A stretch of 64,000 nucleotides of DNA. Origin: Squalus acanthias. Taxonomy: Eukaryota. Under the pieces are notes generated by a model that was not told the origin of the DNA, did not search any database, and saw nothing but the letters and a program-made list of their open reading frames with translations. Positions 1 to 12,635 of this stretch are shown in pieces. Within the stretch, counting starts at the first letter, position 1, and the number at the start of each line of letters is the position of its first letter. The stretch is from positions 144,090,001-144,154,000 of the forward strand of contig CM059432.1 in NCBI GenBank assembly GCA_030390025.1, given 5' to 3'. Both the position numbers and the translations under genes were made by a program.

Positions 1-430
1 TTATGTGGAGAGACTGGAGAAGCCTGGGGTTGTCCTCCTTAGAGCAGAAGAGGTTAAGGGGAGATTTAATAGACGTGTTCAAAATCATGATAGAGTAAAT
101 AAGGAGAAACTGTTTCCACTGGCAGGAGGGTCGGTAACCAGAGGACACAGATTTAAGATAATTGGCAAAAGAACCAGAGGGGAGATGAGGAGAATTTTGT
201 TTTTTACGCAGCGAGTTGTTGTGATCTGGAATGCGCTGCCTGAAAGGGCAGTGGAAGCGGATTCAATAGTAACTTTCAAAAGGGAATTGGAGAAATACTG
301 GAAAAGGAAAAAAAAGTTACAGGAGCATTGATAAAGAGCTGGGGGGAGTGAGAGTAATTGGAGAGCTCTTTCAAAGAGCCGGCACAGGCACGATGGGCCG
401 AATGGCCTCCTTCTGTGCTATATGATTCTG
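1..430 (+). mobile_element. CR1 LINE 3' fragment (ORF2 C-terminus + 3' UTR)
   Basis: Translates to RLEK..DRVNKEKLFPLAGGSVTRGHRFKIIGKR..FFTQRVV.IWNALP; ends in the CR1 3' motif GGGCCGAATGGCCTCCTTCTGTGC and an ATGATTCT tail. Confidence 0.93.
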
Positions 431-974
431 AGTTTGAAACTGATCTTTTACTGAGTCTGGACCTCGCTGGTTAGTGATTCATTAACAACATGGCTCCAGT
501 TTACTCCAATGATGTGAACATGAATGGGCCTCTGATTTCCCATCATAAACAGTTACCTTTTGCTGTTTTTGGAAAAAAGTTAAGTGTTTTCAAATATTTT
601 TACTCCTGGAATAACAACCTGTCCAGACACACCAGTTACACGTACTTCCTTTCCTGAGTTTTAAATAGAGTTTCAGTGTTAGTTCTACCAAACTTAAACT
701 TCCTCATTAGCTATCACGTGGGACTGGGGCTGGTGAAATGGGGAAGCTATGAAGCGGATCCATTTAAAAAAATATCTATATATATTTACCTTTTGCCCAC
801 ACTGTTTCAGTTACCACCTCTACCTTCTTTCTGGCCCCGACCCACGGAGACGAGCCTCTCTCCATGTTCCTTGCTAATTGCCTGCAGCGTATGGCCGTAA
901 CCCCATGTGACACATCTCCCATCCTTTACCTCTCCGGCCTCTCCCCTCCTCTTAAAGTTGACAAAGTAAAAGAA

Positions 975-1420
975 AACGATTTGCATTTCTATAGCGCCTT
1001 TCACGACCCCAGGAAGTCCCAAAGCGCTTTACAGCCAATGAAGTACTTTTTGAAGTGTAGTCACTGTTGTAATGTCGGAAACGCAGCAGCCAATTTGCAC
1101 ACAGCAAGCTCCCACAAACAGCAATGTGATAATGACCAGATCATCTGTTGCAGTGATGTTGATTGAGGAATAAATATTGGCCACAGGACACCAGAGAGAA
1201 CTCCCCTGCTCTTTTTCAAATAATGTCATGGGATCTTTTACATCCACCTGAGAGATCAGACGTAGCCTTGGTTTAACGTCTCATCTGAAAGACGGCACCT
1301 CCGACAGTGCAGCACTGGAGTGTCAGCCTAGATTTTATGCTCATGTCCCTGCAGTGGGACTCGAACCCACAACCTTCTGACCTAGAGGTGAGAGTGCTGC
1401 CCACTGAGCCACGGCTGACA
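975..1420 (-). mobile_element. tRNA-headed SINE, DeuSINE-like (SacSINE1/AmnSINE1 type), near full length
   Basis: Minus strand: A box TGGCTCAGTGG, B box GGTTCGAGTCC, body shared with other copies in the window, L2-like tail AAAGGCGCTATAGAAATGCAA. Confidence 0.85.
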
Positions 1421-1646
1421 TTCAGTCAGTTGGCAGTTCTGCAGGTGTGTGAGCCGCGACAGTGAGCATCACAGGCTGTTAGAACCTGGGGGGCCTAACG
1501 GCCAAGTCCAATCTTTTATCCTCACCTAACCTTTGTTACCCGTAACTCCTGCTGTCATCAGGAGTGGCTGATTTTGTTTTCTCTTCCCGTAGCCCAAAGA
1601 TGTCAGGCTCTGCAGAGGCCGCACTCCTGTACCGTCCGCAGCACAG

Positions 1647-2465
1647 AGCTTCTTCTTCTCAAGCAGTCCCTCGGAACCGAGGGTGATTTGCTTCCACATT
1701 AAAAATGAGTTCTCAGGTGACTGATGAGTCCAATGTGGGACCTACAGTCTCTGTCACAGGTGGGGCAGACGGTGGTTGAAGGGGCGGGTGGGTGGGGTGC
1801 TTGGGTTGACGTGCGCTCCTTCCGCTGTTTGCGCTTGGCTTCCGCTTGCTCCCGGCGAAGAGACTCGAGGTGTTCGGCGCCTTCCCGGATGCTTCTCCTC
1901 CACTTTGTGCGGTCTTGGGCCAGGGATTCCCAGGTGTCAGTGGGGATGTTGCACTTTTTCAAGGAGGCTTTGAGGGTGTCCTTGAAGTGTTTCCTCTGCC
2001 CACCTGGGGCTCTCTTGCCGTGTCGGAGCTCCGACTAGAGCGCTTGTTTTGGGAGTCTCGTATCGGGCATGCGGATGATGTGGCCCGTCCATCGGAGCTG
2101 ATCGAGCGTGGTCAAAGCTTCGATGCTGGGGATGTTGGCCTGAGCGAGAACACTGACGTTGGTGCGCCTATCCTGCCAATGGATTTGCAGGATCTTGAGG
2201 AGGCAGCGTTGGTGGTACCTCTCCAGTGCTTTGAGGTGCCTGCTGTACATGGTCCATGTCTCTGAAGCATACAGTAGGGCGGGTATCACTACTGCTCTGT
2301 AGACCATGAGCTTAGTGCCGAGTTTGAGGTCCTGGTCTTCAAACACTCTCTTCCTCAGGCGACCGAAGGTTGCATTGGCACACTGAAGGCGGTGTTGGAC
2401 TTCGTCATCGACGTCTGCCCTTGTTGACAGTAGGCTCCCAAGGTATGGAAAGTGGTCCACGTTGC
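1647..2465 (-). mobile_element. RTE-clade LINE 3' fragment with C-terminal C2H2 zinc finger
   Basis: In-frame ORFs 2035-2511 and 1699-1962, one stop between them: VDHFPYLGS..YRAVVIPALLYASETW..LRWTGHIIRMPDTRLPKQ..CPTCDRDCRSHIGLISHLRTH; short 3' UTR and (GAA)n tail. Confidence 0.9.
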
Positions 2466-2681
2466 AGCACAGAGCACTGAAGCTGGGACCTTCCTGGTTT
2501 GTATAGCTCAATTCTACACTGATTGATGCACTGGCATGGATCTATTGGGCCGAATGGCTTGCTCCTGTGCTGCTAATACTATGTATGTTGATATTATTGG
2601 TAATGTAACTATGTAATATCAACTGAGCTATGATGAAAACCCAGCCATAACCTTTGAAGGTTTATGTAATGAAAGCTTGGG

Positions 2682-3083
2682 TTACTCCCTCCACCACCGG
2701 CGTACTGTGGCTGCAGTGTGTACCATCTACAGGATGCAGTGCAGCAACTCGTCAAGGCTTCTTCGGAAGCACTTCCCAAACCCGCGACCTCTACCACCTA
2801 GTAGGACAAGGGCAGCAGGCACATGGGAACATCATCACCTCCAAGTTCTCCTCTGGGTCACACACCATCCTGATTTGGACATATATCGCCGATTCTTAAT
2901 CGTCGTTGGGTCAAAATGCTGGAACTCCCTCCTTAACAGCGCTGTGGGAGCACCTTCACCACACGGACTGCAACGGTTCAAGAAGGCGGCCCAACATCAC
3001 CTTCTTAAGGGCAACTTGGGATGGGCAATTAATGCTGGCCTTGCCAGCGACGCCCACATCACGAGAATGAATTTAAAAAAAAA
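2682..3083 (+). mobile_element. CR1-group LINE, second family, 3' fragment
   Basis: SLHHRRTVAAVCTIYRM..WNSL; 3' end GGCCTTGCCAGCGACGCCCACATC plus A-rich tail; homologous to 5605-6223. Confidence 0.85.
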
Positions 3084-4152
3084 TTATTGGCAAAACCTTA
3101 TAGTGAACCAAGTTTCTGATGCAAATCCTCTGCGATTATCAGGTTATCTGTGACAGTCCTAGTAACCAGTGTCATTTACCAGCTGTATATTACCAGCAAC
3201 TGCCGAGAAACTGCTCCCCAAACTCTCTTTCTATAAAGCAGCCCTTTTCCATTCATTTGCTCTCACAGTATAATTGTCACTACCCAGCAAATAATCTTCT
3301 AACCTCCCCTGCGGAATACAAGTTAGCAACCCAGTTGTAATCCTCTCCTACCTCTCGCCTGGTCAATAACTCGAGTCCATTGATTTTTAAAGACATCATG
3401 TGATTGATATCAGGCATTCATTGATGTCACACACCAACAAGAAGCATCATGAGAACAACCAAGTTCCCGGATGTGAGTTTATTATTATTAAAGATGTCCT
3501 CGGGTTGTGAAAGGCACTATATAAATGCAAGTTCTTTGTTTACGGGAATGACGTGTGGGCAGAAGTGGCAAATCCTGGTGATTCCACAGCCCCGATAAAC
3601 AGAATCCGTGCCTGGTTCGGGTATGGTGACCGAATCTTTATCAGATGACAAAGTATTTTCTGGTGAAACAAATGAAAAGGTTGCATCCCTTCCTCGGTAA
3701 GTGAAGAGTTAGCCTGGCTTCTATTGATCTGCTGTTTGAGGGATACTCTCACAGATGTGAGAGAGACCTTGCTTTTGTTTGCTAAATACAGTATTCTGTC
3801 GACTACATCAATTACCCTGACCCTAGGGCTTTCAAAGACATCCTGCCTGTCACAGTGAGGGCCATTTGCGTTGGTAGCTGTCATGCTAATGAATCCATGT
3901 TCACATTATAATGAAACCATTAATAAGTGAACCAGCCCGGTCTTCTATATACCAGGCCAGGTTTGATATTACAAATAGTAGCCATGTTTGTGAATCATTT
4001 AAAGTGGCTGTGTTACACGCTAGGATCTCCCAATCACCCAACATTCGGACTTGGCGGTTCTTGTGCTGTCCTATTGCTGCTCTTTATACAGCGCCTTTTG
4101 TCAGCTGGGGCCGCCCCACATTGTTTGTGGATATGTGTATTGGTGCCATAGC

Positions 4153-4602
4153 TCTCAGCCGTGGCTCAGTGGGCGGCACTCTCACCTTCGGAGTCACAAG
4201 GTTGTGGGTTCAAGCTCCCAGTCCAGAGACTTGAGCCCATAATCCAGGCTGACACTCCAGCGCAGTACTGAGAGAATGCCGCACTGTCGGAGGTGCCGTC
4301 TCTAGGGATGAAACGTTAAACCCAGGCCCCATCTGCCCTCTCGGGTGGATCTCATGGCCACTATTTGAAGAAGAGCAGGGGAGTTCTCCCCGGTGTCCTG
4401 GGCCAATATTTATCCCTCAACCAACATCATTAAAACAGATTATCTGGTCATTATCAAATTGCTGTTTGTGGGAGCTTGCTGTGCGCTAATTGGCTGCCAC
4501 GTTTCCTACATTGCAACAGTGGCTACACTTCAAAAGTACTTCGTTGGCTGTAAAGTGCTTTGGGATGCCCTGAGGTTGTGAAAGGCGCTATAGAAAATCT
4601 AT
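4153..4602 (+). mobile_element. DeuSINE-like SINE, full length
   Basis: A box TGGCTCAGTGG, B box GGTTCAAG, intact internal hairpin segment, tail GAAAGGCGCTATAGAAAAT. Confidence 0.87.
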
Positions 4603-5039
4603 CTTTTCTTTTCCTTTATTCACCAGTCGCATGCAAGATGCAAATAGCGTAGGATTTCGGTCACAAGTGTTTCTGGTCTCCTCCCATCCCTTTCTCAGGG
4701 TCTGTGTATGGTCTGCTGTGTAGGCGGGTTGTCTGAGAGATCCTAGTCTCCATGCCCAGCCGTGGGTTGTGGCAACTGGCTGAATACCAGGAGCTAGGGA
4801 CCAGTAGTAGTGCTTGGGATGAGGAAAGCCCACCCCTCCTTTGTATGTGGGCAACTGCAGAGATATTTGTGGCATCTTACCCGCTTATAGCAAGCTGGAG
4901 ATGTGCCTGTCGAGGTTTCGGAATGAGGCAAGGCCTTGAATGCTAGAATCTGAAACCAGTACAGGCACTGCTTGCTCTCCTTCGGAGCGATATGTTCCAT
5001 CTCTCCAGGTCTGTGTGTACGCTGGCCATGAGGGATAAG

Positions 5040-5165
5040 ATTCTTTTTTAACATTTGTTCTCGGGATACGGGCATCACTGGCAAGGCCGTCATTTATTGC
5101 CCGTCCCTGGTTGCCCTGAGAAAATGGTGGTGAGCTGCCACCTTGAATCGTTGCAGCCCATGTGG
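5040..5165 (-). mobile_element. Short 3' end of the second LINE family, or of its partner SINE
   Basis: Reverse complement matches ..CAGGGCAACCAGGGACGGGCAATAAATGACGGCCTTGCCAGTGATGCCCGTATCCCG. Confidence 0.7.
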
Positions 5166-5604
5166 CGAAGGTGCTGTTGGGGAATTTAAGCAGCAACAGT
5201 AAAGCAATATATGAATAGCACTATATAAATGGAAATACTGTATTATTAACGTTTTAATATAATCTTATCAATCAATGTCAGATGGCTGTACGTTGCTTTA
5301 GTGAGACTCCCTTTTTAAATTAAAGTTGTAAAGAATGCCCACGATAGGTGATAAGCCTGGTGTGTTTTGGTTGAATCTGTGCGTGATGCCGGTGTGTACT
5401 CCCGTGTTGTTTGGTATGTCTACAGCGTTCTTGTGTACAACCCTCCTCAGCGGAGCAGCTGGTTCTTGAAGAGGGTAACGCAATGCCGGGCACCCCATAC
5501 AATCGGTCACTGAGACCTGACACCTGCGCTATGGACTCAACACCGCCCAGTGCAGCCAGCTAGTATCCTGCGCACGGACCACGTGTGAAGCTCACGGGCG
5601 CTAC

Positions 5605-6223
5605 GGCAACAAGAGCAGGTCAGAGGCTGGGTATTCTGCCGTGAGTGTCTCACCTCCTGACTCCCCAAAGCCTTTCCACCATCTACAAGGCACAAGTAAG
5701 GAGTGTGATGGAATACTCTCCACTTGCCTGGATGAGTGCAGCTCCAACAACACTCAAGAAGCTCAACACCATACAGGACAAAGCAGCCCGCTTGATTGGC
5801 ACCCCATCCATCACCTTAAACATTCACTCCCTCCACCACCGGCGCACCGTGGCTGCAGTGTGTACCATCTACAAGATGCAGTGCAGCAACTCGCCAAGGC
5901 TTCTTCGGCAGCACCTCCCAAACCCGCGACCTCTTCCACCTAGAAGGACAAGGCCAGCAGGCGCATGGGAACACCACCACCTCCAAGTTCCCCTCCAAGT
6001 CACACACCATCTTGACTTAGAAGTATATCGGCCGATCCTTCATCGTCGCTGGGTCAAAATCCTGGAACTCTCTACCTAACAGCACTGTGGGAGCACCTTC
6101 ACCACACGGACTGCAGCAGTTCAAGAAGGCGGCTCACCACCACCTTCTTGAGGGCAACTAGGGAAGGGCGATAAATGCTGGCCTTGCCAGCGACGCCCAC
6201 ATCCCATAAAATAGAAAAAAAAA
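5605..6223 (+). mobile_element. CR1-group LINE, second family, 3' fragment of ORF2
   Basis: ORF 5645-6079: IYKAQVRSVMEYSPLAW..LNTIQDKAARLI..SLHHRRTVAA, a post-RT region of CR1/L2-group LINEs; A-rich tail. Confidence 0.88.
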
Positions 6224-6974
6224 ACTGGAGTGTCCGAGAGGTTGCCAAGTCTTTTAGTTCCTGTTCCCAACAGTCACTGAAGGAGAAGGCAAGAAAAGAA
6301 AGTGCCTGGGTGAGCTGTACCTCTCATTATGGCCGCACCCATCTTCTACAGTTCAACCTCAAAAGAGCACCACTCCCGTAATCCATCTCCCCTGTCAGGA
6401 AAAGGAAGGGGCCGCAGCAGCTCTTTACTGACTGCTGCTGCTGGCTGGAATTTTGGCCCTTTACCGCGCCCCCCCTCCCCCGCCCCCCTCCACCCATCAC
6501 GTGCTTCCAGTACCAGGGGCAGCAGCATTATCGTGCAGGGAGCTCACTGGAGCACAGGCCCACAATGTGTGATGTCACCAGGACCTCACTTACAGCACCA
6601 GTGTGCTGCTGATCAGGGAGCTGATGTTACTGTAACTAACATCCGAGGTGACATCGCACACACAACAAATGCTCGTAGGGTCCATGCACCTGCTCTGTGC
6701 CTCGTGTATCTGTAATCACTGCTCATCTCCCCGTGCTCTTGGTCCTGTCTCAACAAGTGGCCATAAAGCTGGAAGCAGAGCTGATCATCCAGTACCACCA
6801 GACGGCAGTGTCCAGGGTGGCTGTGGCATGGGCCACATAGCTCTCAAAGCAGGGGGGGCAGGGGGGGGCTTCTCCTGTAGTCAACTGCAATCTCTAAAAG
6901 GGGCATCAATGATTGAAACTATTCTTTTATTTATGACTATCTGAATCACAAAATTAGGTTAATTCGATATCATG

Positions 6975-7232
6975 AAATTTATTCTCGGGATGTAGGCGTC
7001 GCTGGCAAGGCCGGCATTTGTTGCCCATCCCCTCGTTGCCCTGAGAAGGTGGTGGGGGGCCTACTTGAACCGCTGTAGCCGGTTTGATACAACTGAGGGG
7101 CTCGCTGGGCCACTTCAGAGGGCAGCTAAGAGTCAACCACGTTGGTGTGGGACTGGAGTCACATATAGGCCCAGGCCGGGTACGAACGGCAGGTTTCCTT
7201 CCCGAAAGGACATTAGTGAACCAGTTGGGTTT
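6975..7232 (-). mobile_element. SINE (third family), 3' part, with tail shared with the second LINE family
   Basis: Body GGAAGGAAACCTGCCGT..GACTCCAGTCCCACACCAA..GACTCTTA shared with 23752, 26105 and 49118 copies. Confidence 0.8.
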
Positions 7233-7965
7233 GTGCAAAGTCACACTCTCCTAGTGATTAAACTAGTAATTTAAGTTTCATCTATTTTGTAAGGAGTGCC
7301 GTGTGCGATTATTATTGAACTGGTTTAGGTAAAGTTCTTTCACATTTGTGGTTTTAGGAGCTCTATTTCAGGCACGGATGGACAAAGCCGGGCCCCACAG
7401 CCTAATCTATAGAAGGTTACAGGCTCTTCAATTACCTTCCTCAGCCTATCGCAGCTCCACTTCCTCAAATTCAGTTAGCTTCTGCTTTTCCCCTGTATCA
7501 AGAGGCAGCCTGTGCGCTAATGATAGGCAGCTGAAGGGAGACTGAAAGGACCTGAATCAAATTTCCCTGCCCTGATCTGATTAAGGGGAGTTGGTGGTGG
7601 GCCGGGTGAGTGATGGTCAAAGGATGAGCTGTCAGCATCAGAGGGGTCTTGGAGACAGAAAGGCCAAGTGATAGCCAGCAAAGTAGTGTGCCGAATGAAT
7701 GGTGTTAGGGTGACAATCTTTCCCTCTGAAGAGTGACGCCCCGATCGGCCAAGTGTGAAATTAGGAGGAGATTCAAGTGCTCCGCAGCTCACCAGGACAC
7801 TGGCTCTGTGACTCTCGCACCTACTGGCAAATCTGAAAAGGAGTAGCGTGTTCCCAGTCTTATAACAATAGGAGTGACTCGCCCTTCACTCCCGTATCTT
7901 TCACACACACTTCTTTTAGTTTCCTTTTTAAAAAGAAAAGGAACACATTCGCACTGTTGATAAAT

Positions 7966-8790
7966 TCATAGAATTACGTGGAAATTGCAACAGGGAAACA
8001 GGCCGTTCGGCCCAACCCAGTCCGTGCTGGTGTTTATCCTCCACTGGAGCAGTGTCCTAATCCCGTGTACCCGCCCCGCTCCCATATCTCTACCTCCTTT
8101 CCCTCAACCACCTATCTAACCGGTTCTTAAATGTTGTCTCTGCTTCAATCACTATCTCTGGTAGCGTGCCACACTTTAGAAAGGACATGAAGGCCTTAGA
8201 GAGGGTACAGAAGAGATTTAGTGGAATGGTTCCAGAGATGAGGGACTTCAGTTACGTGGATAGACTGGAGAAGCTGGGGTTGTTCTCCTTAGAGCAGAGA
8301 AGGTTAAGAGGAGATTTGATAGAGATGTTCAAAATCATGAAGGGTTTAGATAGAGTAAATAAAGAGAAACTGTTTCCAATGGGTGAAGGGTCGATAACCA
8401 GAGGGCACAGATTAAAGGTGATTGGCAAAAAACCAGAGGCGACACGAGGAAAAACATTTTTACGCAACGAGTGGTTAGGATTTGGAATGCAGTGCCTGAT
8501 AGGGCGGTGGATACAGATTCAGTAGCAGCCTTCAAAAGGGAATTGGATAAATACTTGAAGGAGAAAAATTGCAGGGATATGGGGAAAGAGCGGGGGAGTG
8601 GGACTAACTGGATTGCTCTTCGAAAGAGCCAGCACAGACTCGATGGGCCGAATGGCCTCCTTCTGTGCTGCACTATTCCATGATTCTATGATTTCTGTGT
8701 AAAAAGCTTCTCCTTCTCTCTTACATTTAATCTGATATCTATGTCCCCTCGTTCTAGACCCTGAATCACTGGAAACAGTCTGTTTCTATC
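7966..8790 (-). mobile_element. Older CR1 3' fragment interrupted by a younger CR1
   Basis: CR1 3' motif (AGGCCGTTCGGCCC on +) near 8000; degenerate CR1 homology resumes after 8692. Confidence 0.65.
8166..8692 (+). mobile_element. CR1 LINE 3' fragment
   Basis: PHFRKDMKALERVQKRF..RLEKLGLFSLEQRRLRGDLIEMFKIM; CR1 3' motif and ATTCTATG tail. Confidence 0.93.
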
Positions 8791-9332
8791 GGCCCTGTCC
8801 AAGCGTGTGGTAATGAGCCCTCCAGACCAGGCGATCCCATGTACCGATCCCTGGTTTGCGTTGAGTTATCCGATTGTAACCGAGTGGTGACCAGGAAGAT
8901 CCCTGTGCAGTGTGAACTATCGATGGACAGACAGGCTGTGAATTGGGTGAAGTGTATCCAGTCAATGCTTCCTGTCGACTGACGATGGTAGTCTGGGAGC
9001 TCGTCACTTGCCTGAATCTTCGAGGCTTGGTTGGTGTGTGACGTCGCAGCTTTCTTCCTTTTGTTATAGATTTTATAGCAGCAACCAGCTGAACTGGAGA
9101 AAATAGCCTGTAGGTTCTTGTGATTGCAGTGAGCCTGTGAAGACTATAGTCGTGGAAACGGCAAGGCCTCCATGTTCCTGGGGTTTTCGATGTACACGAG
9201 TGTGACCCTTCGCCTGCTCCAAAGCCTGGGGAGGGGCTCTTGCGCGTGACCAGGGGGTGAGTCAGTGATGCCCGCCACCCCACCCCAATCCAGCCTCGTA
9301 ACGAGGAACTGCCCACACCCTGCACCTGAGCC

Positions 9333-9718
9333 TCGGGTTTCCATCTCTGGTTGGACGTATTCCTGGAGGTTTCATCACATGACCTCCTGCCTCCAGCTGC
9401 CCCGCCCCCACACTCCCGCCATTGGTCGCCTGACGTGTCCATCCTCGCGATGCCCCGCCTTCCCAGCCAATTGGAAAGCGAACAGACTCTTTATTACCCA
9501 ATTGGATGATTCTTCACAGTCGGTCAAACCGCCTTTTTTCCCCATGTCCAATATTTTTGTAACTAATAAACAAAAGTGTTCAAAGAATTTCTTTCATTAA
9601 AAGCGATGTTTTTTCACGCCCCTATGATTATTCTCCTGGGTGTTGCTCACAGCAGTGTCTGGAGATCAATCTTCAACTGCTGGAGACTCCAGGCCAATCC
9701 TGGAGGGATGGCTACTCC
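9333..9718. mobile_element. Possible decayed non-autonomous DNA transposon (hAT-like ends)
   Basis: Degenerate inverted ends CGGGTTTCCATC ... GATGGCTACTCC, both near AGGGTTGCCAAC; no TSD seen. Confidence 0.35.
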
Positions 9719-9902
9719 AGCTGAGGTTGTTTCCACCCCCCACACCCCCAAGAGCCGGCAGGGCTGAGGAAAGATCTTAGCTCCACATGGAATGGAGCCA
9801 CTCTGCCTGTAGACTGGCATGGTCCAGGATTGATTACTTGTCTGGGTAAGGATTAGTGCCTTTCTCAAGGCCTGAAAGGGCCTTGTGCCAACTCTTAGCT
9901 GT

Positions 9903-10601
9903 TCATAGAATCATAGAAGATAGGAGCAGGAGTAGGCCATTCAGCCCCTCGAACCTGTTCCGCCATTCAATGAGATCATGGCTGATCATCCAAATTCAGT
10001 ACCCTGTCCCTGCTTTCTCCCCATATCCCTTGATCCCTTTAGCTTTAAGAAATATATCCAACTCCTTCTTGAATCTATTTAATGAATTGGCCTCTACTGC
10101 CTTCTGTGGCAGAGAATTCCACAGGTTCACCACTCTCTGGGTGAAGAAATTCCTCCTCATTTCTGTCCTAAATGGCTTACCCCTTATCCTTAGACTGTGA
10201 CCCCTGGTTCTGGACTCCCCGACCATCGGGAACATCCTTCCTGCATCTAGTTTGTCCTGTCCTGTCAGAATTTTATAAGTTTCAATGAGATCCCCTCTCA
10301 TTCTTCTAAACTCCAGTGAGTATAAGCCCAATCGACCCAATCTCTCCTCATATGTCATTCCTGCCATCCCAGGTATCAGTCTGGTGAATCTTCGCTGCAC
10401 TCCCTCCATGGCAAGAACATCCTTCCTCAGATAAGGCGACCAAAGCTGCACACAATACTCAAGGTGTGATCTCACCAAGGCCCTGTACAACTGCAGCAAG
10501 ACATCCTTGTTCCTGTACTCGAATCCTCTCGCTATGAAGGCCAACATACCATTTGCCTTCTTAACCGCCTGCTGCACCTGCATGCTTACCTTCAGCGACT
10601 G
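9903..10601 (-). mobile_element. CR1 LINE 3' fragment with uninterrupted 195-aa ORF2 C-terminus
   Basis: ORF 9996-10583: AVKKANGMLAFIARG..LEYCVQLWSPYLRKD..RRMRGDLIETYKI..FFTQRVVNLWNSLP; TTCTATGA tail. Confidence 0.95.
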
Positions 10602-11814
10602 TTCAGCTTACCTTGAGTTCCTCCCAAAGTCTTTCGACGGCATAAAGTTCATTCATCCCTAATGGTGAGTTTGTGAGACCGACCGAGAGAGGCGCAGAGA
10701 GGCCAGCTGGATGGGGGCACACCGAGCGCTTTCAACATAATACAGACCGATAAATCAGATCCCAATGTCACTCGCGGTTTCTGGTGATTAGTTTCAAGAT
10801 GGCCTGGACAGAGAAAGAAGCAAATCGAGCGACAAGACACATATAGCTCTCCGACTGGGAATGGCCAATAGGAAGCTGCAATGTGATGGCACCTGGGTTC
10901 AGTCCAGCTGTGTGTGCGCCCTGTGACTTTGGGCTCTTATTGAAAGTAGGACAGCTAATAATAGAGGTGATACACCCTAACAGTAAGTGGGGTGTCCATT
11001 TATGGAATATGTTAGCCAAGCATATCAGTGTTTGAAGAGGACTGACCCTAGCGCAAGTTTAACTCAGTAAACTTCATTCATTTTCAGACCCTCCCCCCCC
11101 GCCACCCACTACAATCAGAAATTACAGAAGTCATAATTTTTTTTCTAACATTTTAAACAATATTTCTGCTTCTCTGATCAAAATATTTAAATTGACACCA
11201 ACCCCCCTCTGTCACCCGCTGCTCTGATCAGAAGGTGGCTCTTGGAGTCAGGTCGGTGGTGATCATTGGGCTCCAGACAGGTCTGTATGGAATCCTGAGT
11301 TTGATCAGCTGTTAACGGATCGGGTTGAAGTATAAAAAGACAATGAGAGGGGTAGGACAGGAGCGAGCAGCCTCAAGTTATTCACGGAATTAAGGAACAG
11401 AAGTCAGGAATTTTGAGACTTGTGAGGTTGGCATTGGCAGATTTTAAAATATCGTTCACCCGAGCCTGTTCCATCAGTGTAAGAAAACTCTCCGTCAGCT
11501 CCTCTGAATTTCTCATCCAGCGCCCCAGACTCCTTAACATTGTCCAAATGGTGTTATCTCTCGGATTTAAGTGGCTCTGGGTTTTGAAAGCAGTCAAGGT
11601 GTCTGTAAGGCATCGCAGTGGTCAGTCTGGCCGAAGGAAACCTTGCTCCGGGAAAGATCTTTGACTTAAAGGGATACTGTTCCCCCCACGTTAAAGGGGC
11701 AAACCTTTGGTGGTGGAGAGTCACAGGATCTCCCTGGGATCGTTAGAGCTCAGACTGCGTGATCCAGCAATCCAATGGGACAGGATTCTTGTCGTCATGC
11801 CAACAACCAGGAAA

Positions 11815-12228
11815 ACTTTGCATTTATATAGCGCCTTTCATGACCTCAGGACATCCCAAAGTCCTTTACAGCCAATTAAGTACTTCTGAAGTGTAGTCAC
11901 TGATGCAATGTAGAAAATGCTGCAGCCAATTTGTGCACAGCAAGCTCCCACAAACAGCAATGAGATAATGACCAGATCATCTGTTTTCTAGTGATGTTGG
12001 CCATTTTGAAATAATGTCATGGGATCTTTTATGTCACCTGAGAGGGCAGTCAGGGCCTCGGTTTAACGTCCCATCTGAAAGACGGCACCTCCGACAGTGC
12101 AGCACTCCCTCAACACTGCACTGGGAGAGTCAGCCTGGATTATGTACTCAAGTCTTTGGAGTGGGACTTGAACCCACGACCTTCTGACTCAGAGGCGAGA
12201 GTGCTCCCACTGGACGACGGCTGACACC
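11815..12228 (-). mobile_element. DeuSINE-like SINE
   Basis: Homologous along its length to 975-1420 and 4153-4602; B box GGTTCAAGTCC on minus strand. Confidence 0.85.
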
Positions 12229-12635
12229 TGGGATATTCCTGACACTTTGAACAGCCAACAAGTGCACTCCCAACCAGCACTGCATTAGGGCACTCGCACT
12301 GACTCTCTGACAATCAGAATGCAGTCACACTGCTACTACTGTTCTCAGACTGATGTCTGTGAAGTACAAACAGGAGTTATACTGCTAGCTATACATCGCT
12401 CCCTGTTGCAGTAAGTTGAACCACAAAGGGAACTCTGCACATCTGCACTTATTCCCCAGGCTACTAATTTAAGCGGGAGTATCTGCAGCCTTGTAAAATT
12501 TTAAAGATTCCTTGCAAACACTTTAAAAATTCCCAGTTCAGGTGATGGACTGCTTGGGTATTTTTAAAATGCAGCTTGTCTGGAGCCGTACGGCAGTCAG
12601 TGAGATGGTATCCTGGATGGGCGAACACTCCAGCG

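Noticed and set aside
9380..9510. GC boxes and CCAAT boxes suggesting a host promoter
   Set aside because: Lies within a probable decayed DNA transposon and no downstream gene is evident
11382..11664. Overlapping 71-83-aa ORFs in unique DNA, considered as exon or endogenous viral fragment
   Set aside because: No recognisable motif or convincing splice sites; length compatible with chance; blastx would be needed
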